From the NCBI RefSeq assembly GCF_006345805.1, contig NC_043023.1, positions 11,904,001 to 11,968,000 of the forward strand: a stretch of DNA of 64,000 nt, in the 5' to 3' direction. The stretch is from Octopus sinensis (lineage: Eukaryota). Shown here piece after piece: positions 37,701 to 53,500 of the stretch; position 1 is the stretch's first letter, and each line of letters begins with the position of its first letter. The notes below the pieces were generated by a model. That model saw only the letters and a program-made list of their open reading frames with translations. It had not been told where the DNA came from and did not search any database. Made by a program: the position numbers and the translations under genes.

Positions 37701-38577
37701 AAAATTTTAGAATAAAAAAAAAAACACTGCCTATCTTAATTTTGAAAAATAAATTTAAAAAAAACTCCCATTATTTATGGAATGACACAGAATATTTGTC
37801 TATCCTTCACTCACCGATTTACGTGTCTTTCTGACTGTTTGTCTGTCTGTCTCTCTCCATCTCCATCTCTCACCCTCTGCACTATAACGCTGACATATCG
37901 TTTGGTGTTAAGGGAGACTACTCACAAATATATTGTACGTGAGTTATGTCCCTTGAACAATGCCTTGAAACCGCTTGACTGCCATTTTTCTGAAATTAAC
38001 CTGTTAAGGTAGACTACTCTCAAGTATAGGTGGTTCATACTTAGCTCTTTGTGGGTAGTAAAGAAATAGGTTTATATTTGAGAGTTCTCTCCCTTGACAC
38101 CATTTATCTGCAAAATAGATTTTATCGTCCGACGGTTACTGGTTTCAATTCTTGGACAACCGCCATGCTGGAGCACCACATCAACGTGTTTAATCACACT
38201 CATCTACGGCTGGGCTTATCTCTCTTCAGGCTGCTACTCATTCCTTCGTTCTCCTTTTGTCGAATTGCTAAGTTACGATGACGTAAACAGCCAAAACCGA
38301 AAATGTAGCGGTGACTAGGGACAAACACAAGTCACAGATAGGGAAATATATGCGTGTGCATGTGTGTGTGTGTGTGTGTGTCTGTATGTGTGTGTGTGTT
38401 TGTGTGTCTGTATGTGTGTGTGTCTGTGTGTGTCTGTATGTGTGTGTGTGTTTGTGTGTCTGTATGTGTGTGTGTCTGTGTGTGTCTGTATGTGTGTGTG
38501 TCTGTATGTGTGTGTGTGTTTGTGTGTCTGTATGTGTGTGTGTCTGTGTGTGTCTGTATGTGTGTGTGTTTGCGCGC

Positions 38578-41040
38578 GCGCCATGTGAACCTCTCAGGGA
38601 AGGCCACCCTCAAGATTGTCCAGACCTATGCTCCCACAAGTGCCAGCGACGACGACGAGGTGGAAGAATTCTATCGACAACTAGACAAAGGGCTGGCTAT
38701 GAAGTCCACTTACACTGTCGTGATGGGAGACTTCAACGCAAGGGTTGGACATGGACGACAAGGAGAGGAGTACGTCGGGCGATTTGGCATGGGAGAGAGA
38801 AACGAGAGAGGAGAACGTTTGGCTACCATGGCAGAGGCGAGGCAGCTCTACATGGGAAACAGCCTATTCAGGAAGAGGGAGAGGAAGAGATGGACTTGGA
38901 TATCGCCGAACTCTGAGCACCGAAGCGAGATCGACTACATCCTGGTTGATAAGCGACGCATATTGCATGACGTCTCCGTCGTGACGCCATTCAACACCGG
39001 CAGCAATCATCGTCTGGTAAGGGCGAGGGTCGTCATCGACGAGAAGAGGGAGAAGATGGCGTTATATTTGGCGTCAAAGGGAAAACGTGTCCGAGTCTAC
39101 AACGAGGCAAAGCTGCAGGAAGCCATCATGCAGGAAGACTGGTGCCAAGGAGACGACATAGACGATGACTACAACTCACTGATAGGGAAACTAAAGGAGT
39201 GTTTAAGGAAGGCTAAGGGTGTATGCCCAAGAGAAAAGAATGGAAGAATCTCGGAAGAAACTACGAAGTTACTCGAGAAGAGGAAAAATATGAAGAGGAC
39301 TATTGAGGATGACCTTGAATATTCCATTCTCAGCAGAGTGATTCGTCAGCAACTAAAGAAAGACTTTGAGGCATACCGGATGGAGAAGCTCTTAAAAGCC
39401 GCAGAGGAAAAGAAGAGCCTCAAGAAATGCAAGAGGGACATGGTACTATATAGATCGGAGGTGACGGCCCTGAAAAATACAGATGGAATACCGGTCAACC
39501 AGAAGAGCGAGATGGAAAAAGTTTGTGAAGACTTCTACACCAAGCTCTTTAAGTCTACCAGAAATGTCCAGCCGTTACCACCACGTCAACAGGAAGAAAA
39601 CGTGCCACCTATCTTTGTCAGTGAGGTTGAAAGAGCCATCGGCTCGATGAAAAACGGAAAGGCTCCAGGGAAAGACGGTATAACATCGGAGGTGCTAAAG
39701 TCAGGCAGAGAGCAGCTCTGGAACATCCTCGCTGAGCGATTTGCGCACTATCTAGACGAGGGAAGAATTCCCTCGCAGTGGAAAGAGTCAAATACTATCC
39801 TGCTGTATAAGAAGGGCGACAGAGAAGATCTAATGAACTACCGACCCATATGCTTGCTGTCTCACGTGTACAAGCTGTTCACGAAGATAATTCTGAACAG
39901 GTTATCACGTCGTCTCGACGAACAACAACCGAGGGAGCAAGCAGGCTTCCGAAGAACTACAGCACAATGGACCATATATTTGCTCTAACGCAACTGCTGG
40001 AGCGAGCAAATGAGTACAAGCTGCCTCTTTGCGTTGCGTTTATAGATTATGAGAAGGCCTTCGATAGCGTCGAAACCAACGCAGTGCTGAACTCGCTGCA
40101 GAGGCAAGGAATCGAAGCGCAATATGTGCAGCTGCTCAGAGAGGCAAATTCCGGATGCACCACCGACATAGCTCTACTGTCATCACCCATACGAGCGCCG
40201 GTCGAGAAGGGAGTGAAGCAAGGAGATACAATCTCCCCAAAACTTTTCACTGCATGTCTCGAACAGATCATCAGAGGCATCGACTGGCAAGGTGGTGTCA
40301 ACATCAATGGCGAGCTCCTCACTCACCTCCGTTTCGCTGACGACATCGTACTCATCGCTGAAAACATGGATCAGCTTCAGACCATGCTGACGGAGCTCGA
40401 CATCAAAAGTTCTGCAGTAGGTCCCAAGATGAACCGCATGAAAACAAAGTACATGCAGTCAGACAATGTAAATATATGCCGGGATATCAAAAAGGAGATC
40501 TCACGGAGAGTAAGGGCCGGATGGAAGGCGTTCAATGGCATAAGAGATGTGCTCAAGGGAAGGTTGGACAGGACCACCCGTGCCAACCTCATTAACAGTG
40601 CAGTTCTGACTGCAATGTTATATGGTAGTGAAACATGGGCTACCACAAAGAGAGAAGAGCAAAGACTGGTAACGGCTCAAAGAGCCATGGAAAGGTCAAT
40701 GCTTGGTATCTCGTTGAGAGAGCACATAAGTAGCAAGATCATCAGAAAGAAGTCTGGCGTGAGAGATGTCATCGCAGAGTATACTTGCAGCAAGTATAGA
40801 TGGGATGGACACGTCGCCCGGCTCACCGATAATCGGTGGACGCACGCATTTGTCAAGTGGTACCCGCGTGAGCGGAAAAGACCACCCGGAAGACCTCGAT
40901 GACAGTGGAGTTACGATTTCAAGAGGATGATTGGGATCACGTGGAACAGAAAGGCGCGATCCAGAGGAGTGGACAGCGTGCTGTGACCAGCAGTGTCAAA
41001 TGGACGCCTGACGGACTGGTCGGTCAAGGTGATCAAGGTG
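38578..41040 (+). mobile_element. 5'-truncated RTE/BovB-like LINE (APE endonuclease C-part and RT), frameshift near 39955
   Basis: VMGDFNARVG, EIDYIL, REQAGF, GVKQGDTISPKLF, RFADD and LYGSETW motifs. Confidence 0.92.
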
Positions 41041-41099
<59 letters not shown>

Positions 41100-41216
41100 T
41101 GTATATATATATATATGAATGTATATATATATATATGAATGTATAAATATATATATATATGAATGTATATATATATATATATATATATGAATGTATATAT
41201 ATATATATATATATGA

Positions 41217-41311
<95 letters not shown>

Positions 41312-41338
41312 TGTGTATATATATATATATATATATGA

Positions 41339-41437
<99 letters not shown>

Positions 41438-41464
41438 CACACATATATATATATATGTATATAT

Positions 41465-41501
<37 letters not shown>

Positions 41502-41515
41502 AATATATACACACG
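41040..41515. repeat. (TA)n array punctuated by GAATG
   Basis: Direct inspection. Confidence 0.9.
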
Positions 41516-41519
41516 AGAT

Positions 41520-42310
41520 GATATCTTGTCGTGAACGACAAATGGAGGTTCAGTAAAATAAAGTGTCAACCATGTTCTCTGGGCGCGAATGTGTCTCTTG
41601 ATGCCCCCTGGTGCCTTGAAAATCTTTTGGCAAATCAAACCAGTTGAGTGCTCACTTTGTTTCAGTGCTTCTGGATCATTTACCATGTGTTTTCTCGAGT
41701 GGAAAATAATGCCTGCTTTGCTTCGTGCCACAAAACCACAATGACACGCGAGGTTTCTATTTAGTGGAGCAGTGTTTTGCCAGCGTACCTTTATGCTTGC
41801 ACGAAATTGTTCCCGGTGTTGGAGTCGATTTTTCTCAAACCTTAGAAGAAGCAGGACTAGTGCTAGGTCCTTGCGATCTGGTGCTTTGGTTTCCCAGATA
41901 GAAAAGGGAACATTGCATCGTATCAGATTGTCTTTTAGTTTTTCTTTGAAGCACAGGAATGGCTTTCCAACTTACCTTCCTGACAGGAATTGGCCAAAGA
42001 GAAGTTGCTTCAGAATACGTGAGAGATGACCTGACTATCTAAACTGTATTTTGATGAGGATGACTTTAATACCTGATATGTTGCATTCTGATCATACCTC
42101 ACTGTTATGAATATGGTCCCTTGGTTTTATGTTGGAGGTAGTACGCACGCATCGCATATGAAATGCGTCAAGCTGGTTGATGTGCTTTTGGTACAAAGTC
42201 CAAGATTCAGCACCATAAAGCAATGTTGTCAAGACAACCGTCTTATATTAACTTTCACCATTTACGATACCTTGTGGTTGTTTCATAGCTTGTGATTTCC
42301 CAATTCTGGA
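41520..42310 (-). mobile_element. Degenerate RTE LINE 3' fragment
   Basis: Minus frames give LYGAESWTLYQKHINQLDAFHMRC and [17 protein letters not shown]. Confidence 0.65.
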
Positions 42311-43079
42311 ATCGATTTCTTGATCCTATTTTGCATCATTGGACACGATTGATCGAAGAAGAGTAAAATCATTTGCTGCGTCTAAAACTGAGACAACATC
42401 CTGTCCCTAACCCTAACCCTAAATTTTAGCCTTTCGTGACAGGATGTTGTCTCAGTCTATTGAGGTGAAAACGATTTCTGCACTGACCATGGGCTCATCG
42501 TAGACAACATGAAGACAGGGATCTTCACTGCTGGCTAGCTAGCGAGCTGGTCCAGAAAAGGGAATTCCGGTCGGGCAACATGAAGTCTTAAATCAAACAT
42601 TTTTCCGAAAGGTAGAGGTGAAGTGTCTAGTAAACTTGTGTGGGTATACCAATGTTTCAATGCCTCAATGAACTCTGACCCCTGTAAACATTGACATTAA
42701 ATGGCTGACAGTGTTCATGTTGTAATATTTACAATGTTGAATTACTATGTCACTTAACTATCCTCTTTATCTTACTGTTTCTTTTTCTATTTCAGAATAT
42801 CACATCATGTTGACGTAAAAGGAATTACTTCGTTCAGATGTGCCTCTGATATTTTTATCAACTTTCATCAACTAAAGGAAGACGATATATTTATAAGGAG
42901 CATTCATCTATACATCAACGTTTCTATATAAATATAATATATGACAAACAACAGCGAAATATTTTTCTTGTCTTCACTGTCTGGAATGTAGAGGAGGTGA
43001 TTGCTTTACAAGTTTGGATAACTTTACAAACGAGTTGACAGTTTTCACCTGTTGATTTAGGTATTAAGATCACAGATGA

Positions 43080-45138
<2,059 letters not shown>

Positions 45139-46119
45139 GAGAATAAAGAAATGGGAATAATGAATAAAAGGTTACACTGAAGTTGATTTTGTCTATGTGT
45201 TTTCATCATTATCGCTGTTATCATCATCATCCTTTAGTGAATTTTTTTTTTTACTGGCATGGGTGGCACAGTGTGACATGAGCTGGCAAACCATAATGCT
45301 GCACTAGGTTCCAATCTGATTTGTTTGGGTTTCTTTGGGTGTATTCTCCTAATGCTAACCTGTTCACAGTTTATGCTGTTTGCTTCAAATATATATGTAC
45401 GTATGCACACACATATATGTATGTGTGTGTATATGTATACCATCATTATCATCAGCATCCACTGAAAAAAATATATATTTCCAATGATACTGAGGTGGGA
45501 GGGCGCCCCACGTTTTCCAAGCAAAAATAAGGAGTTTACAGCGCATTGCAAGGTCAGGGTACTTGATTCCATGCAAAAAATCTGAGTTTTTTTGTTTGTC
45601 TTTATGAAAATCTTGTGGGTGAAAATATCAAAATTTACCCAAATTCTTCTGGACTCTAACTTCTCCGAAAAAAATTGTGACAACAAATTCGTATGTAATC
45701 GTAATCTAAACGATCTAAAAAGTATTATCATCGTAATCTACCTCATCAGAAATGTAGTCACGGAAAATTTTGAATTACCATTAATCTACCAAATCATCAT
45801 CATCATCATTTAACGTCCGCTTTCCATGCTAGCATGGGTTGGACGATTTGACTGACGTCTGGCAAACCAGACTCCAATCTGATCTGGCAGAGTTTCTACA
45901 GCTTGATGCCCTTCCTAACGCCAACCACTCCGGGAATGTAGTGGGTGTTTTTTACGTGCCACTGGCACAGGGGCCAGTGCAGGCTGGCAAACGGCCACAG
46001 TCGGTTGGTGCTTTTATATGTCACCGATACAGACGCCAGTCAGGCGACGCTAGTATCTGCCGCATTCAGACGGTGCTTTTGATGTGTCACCAGCACGAGT
46101 GTCTTAACTACTATTTCAT

Positions 46120-46440
46120 TTGATTTTTTATTTTGATGTTCAATATCAAAATTTATTACATAAAAACAATTGTGACTGTTTTGTCTGCTAAAGGACAGAG
46201 ATTTTTCCTCTTCAAATTTCACGTTATCAGTATCAACATCAAATTTATGAATATCAACCTGAATGATGTGTATATACAATATACCTGAAATATATGAACA
46301 CAACAATGCTTATGATTTCTGAAGATGATCGTGCTGGATTTTTGAAGAATTTGTTTTGAGAGAATAAAGAAATGGAAATAATGAATAAAAGGTTAAACTG
46401 TTGACTTTGTCCATCTTGTTTTTTAATCACCATCATCATC
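46120..46440 (+). pseudogene. Orphan copy of the A-type ZNF 3' UTR
   Basis: ATTTCTGAAGATGATCGTGCTGGATTTTTG and GAGAATAAAG match 45085-45170; no fingers upstream. Confidence 0.65.
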
Positions 46441-46528
46441 ATCATTGTCATTATCATCCTGTAGTAATATTTTCCATCCTGGGAAAATAAAGAGCATATT
46501 ATATATATATGTGTGTGTGTGTGTGTGT

Positions 46529-46830
46529 GGAGGTGCAGTGGCCCAGTGGTTAGGGCAGGGGACTCGTGGTCGTAGGATCGCGGTTTCGATTCCCAGACCA
46601 GGCCTTGTGTGTGTTTATTGAGCGAAAACACCTAAAAGCTCCACGAAGCTCTAGCAGGGGATGGTGGCGACCCCTGCTGTACCCTTTCGCCACGACTTTC
46701 TCTTGCTCTTTCTTCTGTTGGCCTGCTCGCTTAGCCAGTTGGGTGGCATCATTTGAAGGCTAAAACAATGTGAAGCGCATTGTGACCAGCGATGTGTAGC
46801 AACATCTTATAGCCTGGTCGGTCACGTGAT
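46529..46830 (+). mobile_element. SINE family 3
   Basis: TGGCCCAGTGG and GGTTTCGATTCC boxes followed by the SINE body. Confidence 0.8.
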
Positions 46831-46873
46831 ATATATATATATGTGTGTGTGTGTGTGTATTATATATCTATAT

Positions 46874-47073
46874 ATATAAAATAGTGTACATTTAAACACA
46901 AGAGAAAACTACCTTTAACAGGTAAGTTTTACACACTAGAAGAAGCAGTCAAAATGACCAAAACCACATTTAAGAGCAATGTGGTTTTGGTCGTTTCAAC
47001 TGCTTCTTCTAGCATATAAAATTACCCGTTAAAGGTAGTTTTCTCTTGTGTTTAAATGTACACTATTTTATAT
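46874..47073. repeat. Fold-back palindrome / MITE, about 97-bp arms and a 7-nt loop
   Basis: Arms 46874-46970 and 46978-47073. Confidence 0.9.
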
Positions 47074-47178
47074 TGAGAATATGTCGACTATTGACTTTTA
47101 TACATGCTAGGCCACTGGTGGTGAAATTCCTAAAGATATTTGACATCCTATATATTTACATATCTATCTATATATATA

Positions 47179-48342
47179 TCTCTTATTATAAAAGGCAGAT
47201 TTTATCTGCCTCCCTTTGTCAGTTATAGAAATCTACAATATAGGATTTCTTCAATTACAATTTACCTAGCATTTTTAAGAGTAGAATGCATCGGGTTTTG
47301 CCAGGTCTAGTTTTTAAAATTTAAACTCCAATTAAGCAAAATTTACAGAAAACTCACATTCTGGTGTGTATGTCAAATGCTTTTCTTAGTCTGGTTTACA
47401 GCACATGCAAACGCACACACACAGTGTGCAACGAATAAAGTGAAACTAGATGTAATATTTGTTTCTGTCTATCACGCTGATAGATACATGAGTAAAATGT
47501 ATGGCAAGCTAACAGATAAGAGTGAGTGAAAATGTTCTTGGAAGAGAGTAAATAGCGACAGAGTGATTTGAGGAAGACTAAACTGAAAGTATGAAACAGT
47601 GTTTATGTATAAACAGACGACACTTATATAAACCCTTTCGTTACCAAACCGCCCGAATTTACCTATTCATATTTAAATGAGAATATCAGAGTAAATCTCT
47701 TTAGTACATTCGTGAAAACACATATTATACTTCGTAAACACTTCAAATACAGTTTTGTACAAAAATCGAAGTGTAATTTTAATTCCGTGAATTATGGGAG
47801 ATTTTTTTCGGAAATTTGTTCCTATTGTGTTTTCAAAATTTGTAATTCTGACAAAAAATGGATACGAATTTCATTATATCAAGCAGCGAGTCAGAATTCG
47901 AAGGATTTTCTACTGAAGACCTTCATAAATCTAACTCTATGACTGAAAAAAAAAAGCATCTTTATATAAGAGTGAAGTTGTGTGTCTGTCTCCTACAATT
48001 TAGATTCGTAACTACTCCCACATTTTGCGGTGCAGTTTAACAAAAGCGGGTATCTTATAGTCGTGATTCATATCGAGTCCTTCTGGGTATTAGCGCGCGT
48101 CTACGATGAGTCTACGATTTAAAAAAAATTTACCATCATATTTTTCCATTTTAATGCATTTTTTTCGCTTTTATATAAGGGAAGTAACTCTCTAAAAATA
48201 TCTACGATGTGTCAACGATTTAAAAAAAAAATTTACCTTAATTTTTTTTCAATTTTTAATGCATTTTTTGGCTATAACTCTCTAAAAATGCTTATATAGT
48301 TATTTCCCTTACAACCCGAGCAACGCCGGGCGATACTGCTAG
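47179..48342 (+). mobile_element. Non-autonomous Helitron(s); second 5'-like end at 47959
   Basis: A|TCTCTTATTATAAAA start; CCCGAGCAACGCCGGG hairpin (48315-48330); CTAG|T end. Confidence 0.7.
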
Positions 48343-48522
48343 TATATATATAAACGATGGACTACTTTCAGTTTCCGTCTAACAAATCCACTCACACAGG
48401 TTTGGTCAGCTCGTGGTTATAGTAGAAGACACTTGTCCAAGTTGTCACGCAGTGGGACTGAACCTGGAACCATGTGGTTGGGAAGCAAACTTCTTACCAC
48501 ACACCCGCTCCAGCACCTGTAT

Positions 48523-48631
<109 letters not shown>

Positions 48632-48955
48632 AAACAGTACTGGGAAAATAAGAAAAGGAACGAAGCGAACGAATCGAATCCGACGCGAGGGTGCTGTCAA
48701 ACAATAGTGTAATAAATAAAATATATGCATACATACAAACATATATGTACGTACCTACATCTACATGTATATATACATGCATATATAAATATATATACAC
48801 GTGAGTACAGGACACCACAATTAGACGTAGAACTCATATATATATATATATATATATATGCATATATATATATGCATATATATATGCATATATATATACA
48901 TATATGCATATATATATACATATATATGTATATGTATATATATATGTGTATATAT

Positions 48956-48960
<5 letters not shown>

Positions 48961-48987
<27 letters not shown>

Positions 48988-51900
48988 TTAGCGTCCGTTC
49001 TCCATGCTAGCATGTGTTGGACGGTTCAACTGGGGTCTGTGAAGCTGGAAGGCTTCATCAGGCCCAGTCAGATCTGGCGGTGTTTCTACGGCTGGATGCC
49101 CTTCCTAACGCCAACCACTCCGTGAGTGTAGTGGGTGCTTTTTACATGCCACCTTCACAGGTGCCAGACAGAGCTGGCAAACGGCCACAAACGGATGGTG
49201 TTTTACGTGTCACCGGCACGGGGCCAGGCGAGGCTGGCAACGGACACGAACGGATGGTGCTTTTACATGCCACCGACACGGGGGCCAGACAGGGCTGGCA
49301 AACGGCCACGAACGGATGGTGCTTTTACGTGTCACCAACACGGGGGCCAGACAGAGCTGGCAAACGGCCACGAAATGGATGGTGCTTTTACGTGTCACCG
49401 GCACAGGGGCTAGGCGAGGCTGGCAACGGGCACGAACGGATGGTGCTTTTACATGCCACCAACACGGGGGCCAGACAGGGCTGGCAAACGGCCACGAACG
49501 GATGGTGCTTTTACATGCCACCTTCACAGGTGCCAGACAGAGCTGGCAAACGGCCACGAAATGGATGGTGCTTTTACGTGTCACCGGCACGGGGGCCAGA
49601 CAGAGCTGGCAAACGGCCACGAACGGATGGTGCTTTTACGTGTCACCGGCACGGGGGCCAGACAGGGCTGGCAAACGGCCACGAAATGGATGGTGCTTTT
49701 ACGTGTCACCGGCACAGGGGCTAGGCGAGGCTGGCAACGGGCACGAACGGATGGTGCTTTTACATGCCACCAACACGGGGGCCAGACAGGGCTGGCAAAC
49801 GGCCACGAACGGATGGTGCTTTTACGTGTCACCGGCACGGGGGCCAGACAGAGCTGGCAAACGGCCACGAAATGGATGGTGCTTTTACGTGTCACCTTCA
49901 CAGGTGCCAGACAGAGCTGGCAAACGGCCACGAACGGATGGTGCTTTTACGTGTCACCGGCACGGGGGCCAGACAGAGCTGGCAAACGGCCACGAAATGG
50001 ATGGTGCTTTTACGTGTCACCGGCACAGGGGCTAGGCGAGGCTGGCAACGGGCACGAACGGATGGTGCTTTTACATGCCACCAACACGGGGGCCAGACAG
50101 GGCTGGCAAACGGCCACGAACGGATGGTGCTTTTATGTGTCACCAGCACGGGGGCCAGACAGAGCTGGCAAACGGCCACGAAATGGATGGTGCTTTTACG
50201 TGTCACCTTCACAGGTGCCAGACAGAGCTGGCAAACGGCCACAAACGGATGGTGCTTTTACGTGTCACCGGCACGGGGGCCAGACAGAGCTGGCAAACGG
50301 CCACGAACGGATGGTGCTTTTACGTGTCACCGGCACGGGGGCCAGACAGAGCTGGCAAACGGCCACGAAATGGATGGTGCTTTTACGTGTCACCGGCACA
50401 GGGGCTAGGCGAGGCTGGCAACGGGCACGAACGGATGGTGCTTTTACATGCCACCAACACGGGGGCCAGACAGGGCTGGCAAACGGCCACGAACGGATGG
50501 TGCTTTTACGTGTCACCGGCACGGGGGCCAGACAGAGCTGGCAAACGGCCACGAAATGGATGGTGCTTTTACGTGTCACCGGCACAGGGGCTAGGCGAGG
50601 CTGGCAACGGGCACGAACGGATGGTGCTTTTACATGCCACCAACACGGGGGCCAGACAGGGCTGGCAAACGGCCACGAACGGATGGTGCTTTTACGTGTC
50701 ACCGGCACGGGGGCCAGACAGAGCTGGCAAACGGTCACGAACGGATGGTGCTTTTATGTGTCACCGGCACGGGGGCCAGACAGAGCTGGCAAACGGCCAC
50801 AAACGGATGGTGCTTTTACGTGTCACCAGCACGGGGGCCAGGCCAGGCAGGCAACGAACACGAACGGATGGTGCTTTTACATGCCACCGACACGGGGGCC
50901 AGACAGGGCTGGCAAACGGCTACGAACGGATGGTACTTTTACTTGTCACCTGCACGGGGGCCCTGATGTTGATCGACCTCAATTTGGTTTGATCTTGATT
51001 TTGACTGTTCTCACTGGTCTTGCCGGGCTTTCTCACGAACAGCATACCTCCAAAGGTCTCGGTCACTGGTCATTTCCTTGGTGAGACCTAATGTTCGAAG
51101 GTCGTGCTTCACCGCCTCGACCCAGGTTTTCCTGGGTCTACCTCTTCCACAGGTCCCCTCAACTGCCAGGGTGTGGCACTTTCGCACACAACTATCTTCA
51201 GCCATTCTCATCACATGACCATACCAGCGCATACGTCTCTCTTGCACACAACAACTGATGCTTCTTAGGTTCAACTTTTCTCTCAAGGTACTTACACTCT
51301 GTCGATTATGAACACTGACGTTACACATCCATCGGAGCATACTAGCTTCATTTCTTGCGAGCTTACGCAAATCCTCAGCAGTCACAGCCCAAGTTTCACT
51401 ACCATGTAGCATGGCTGTACGTACACATGCATCATACAGTCTGCCTTTTACTTTGAGCGAGAGGCTTTTTGTCACCAGCAGGGGTAAGAGCTCTCTAAAC
51501 TTTGCCCAGGCTATTCTTACTCTAGCAGTTATACTTTCAGCGCACCCGCCCCTGCTACTGACTTGGTCACCTAGGTAACGGAAACTATCAGCTACTTCTA
51601 GCTTTTCTCCCTGGAAAGTGACGGAAGTTGGTCTCAGAGAATTTTCAGTGTTAATTGTTCCTGAGCATCTGCCACATACAAAAACCATCTTCCTAGTTAG
51701 CCTTCCTTTGACATTGCTGCACCTCTTATGTGTCCATAGCTTACACTTGGTGCATCTTATAGAGTTTCTACCTACACCTTTTCTACAGATCGAGCAGGGC
51801 CATCTACCTGAAGGCGTTTGTGATTGGTCTACCTTCCTACTTATTAGGACTTTGGTTTTGGCTAGGTTGATTCTAAGGCCCTTTGATTCTAAACCTTGTT

Positions 51901-53500
51901 TCCATACCTGAAACTTCTCCTCTAGTTCTGATAGAGACTCAGCAATTAGAGCAAGGTCATCAGCATAGAGGAGCTCCCAGGGGCATCCTGTCTTGAATTC
52001 CTCCGTTATTGCCTGGAGGACTATGATAAATAGGAGGGGACTGAGGACTGAACATTGGTGGACCCCAACCTCTACCCTGAATTCTTCACTGTACTCGGTG
52101 CCAACCCTCACCTTACTAGCAGCGTCTCTGTACATGGCTTGTACAGCTTTCACTAACCATTCATCTATCCCTAGTTTCCTCATTGACCACCAGATGAGGG
52201 ATCGGGGGACCCTGTCGAAGGCTTTCTCCATATCAACAAAAGCCAGGTATAGGGGCTTGTCTTTGGCTAGGTATTTCTCTTGCAGCTGTCTTACCATGAA
52301 AATAGCATCAGTAGTACTTTTCCCTGGCACGAACCCAAACTGCATCTGATCTAGGCTAACTCTCTCTCTAATTAGTTGGGCTATAACCCTCTCTGTAACC
52401 TTCATTACCTGATCCAGCAGCTTGATACCCCTGTAGCTATTTGTATCTAGGGCGTCACCTTTACCTTTGTAGCAGCTGACTATTATGCTGCTACACCAGT
52501 CATTGGGAATGACTCCTTCGTGTATCACCTGGTTGACTATACGGGTGACTAGGCTATAGCCGACACTACCAGATATTTTGAGCATCTCTGCAGTAATTCC
52601 TGATGGGCCTGGGGCTTTCCCTGTTTTCATGCATTTAATTGCCTTATCTACTAAGGAACTGTCAACTCAGATTGCTGGTCCCTCTGTTGGGTCAACATTC
52701 GGCAGACTCTCTTTATCCCATTCATTTTCCTCATTCAGCAACCTTTCATAGTGGCTTCTCCAAACCTCTCTCTTTGCATCCTCATTTAGCGCAAGTGAGC
52801 CGTCATCCGTGCAAACACATTTTTCTCCTACCACATCACGATTCTCACTCACACATTGTATTGCTATACGAAATACCTCAAGTCTTTCATCCTCACGGCG
52901 CAGGACATTGGCAAATTTTTTCCTATCTGCTTCCCCTCTGGCTAAATAAACCTGCCTCCTAGCTTCCCTTCTTGCAGTCTGATACACTTCTCTGCTACCA
53001 CCGTTCTTCCAGTCCTTCCAAGCCTGTTTCTTTTGTCTAATACCCCTGTCAACAGTATTGTTCCACCACCACGTTATTTTGGGTCTTGTGGGGACTTTGC
53101 ACCAGCCGCAGATCTGGTCAGTGGCTTTCAGCAGGTTGTCCCTTAGAAGCGCCCAGTTATCTTCTACCCCATGTGTAGCTATGCCCCCTTCTATTTCGTC
53201 GAAGGCTTCAAGTAACATGTCTCTAAATCTCTGTCCATTAGCAGGGTCTTTAAGCTTCCAGACCCTTCTTCTCCATGTTGGTCGTCTTCTAGTCGTCCTC
53301 TTAGTCCTGATCCTAAAGTCACTGACTACCATTCTATGTTGTGGGGTACATTCTTCGCCTGGGAAGGTTTTGGCATTTATAAGCAGCCATCTTTCCCTTT
53401 TTCTGGCAAGGATGTAGTCGATTTGGCTAGTATGCTGGCCCGAACGGTAGGTGACCAAGTGGCTTGTTGGTTTCCTGAAGTTAGTGTTGCAAACCATAAG
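48961..53500 (-). mobile_element. 5'-truncated RTE LINE: ORF 53497-51011 with one in-frame TGA (52669-52667), PHD finger in the RT region, VNTR-expanded 3' UTR, (ATG)n tail
   Basis: The two track ORFs are in the same frame (36-nt gap). QIDYIL, QFGF, VDMEKAFDRV, YADD and HGSETW motifs. Confidence 0.92.
49135..50965. repeat. About 30 copies of a 61-63 bp GC-rich tandem repeat with higher-order structure
   Basis: Unit TTTTACGTGTCACCGGCACGGGGGCCAGACAGAGCTGGCAAACGGCCACGAACGGATGGTGC and variants. Confidence 0.95.

Noticed and set aside
49014-51084. Overlapping long ORFs (up to 543 aa) in the tandem array; superficially CRISPR-like repeats
   Set aside because: The ORFs are artefacts of the 186-bp higher-order repeat. 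The units have no unique spacers and there are no cas genes.
52667-52669. Rescue of the RTE ORF by ADAR editing of UGA to UGG
   Set aside because: The copy is 5'-truncated, so it is inactive regardless. The stop is best explained by CGA-to-TGA decay, and a 5' G neighbour disfavours editing.
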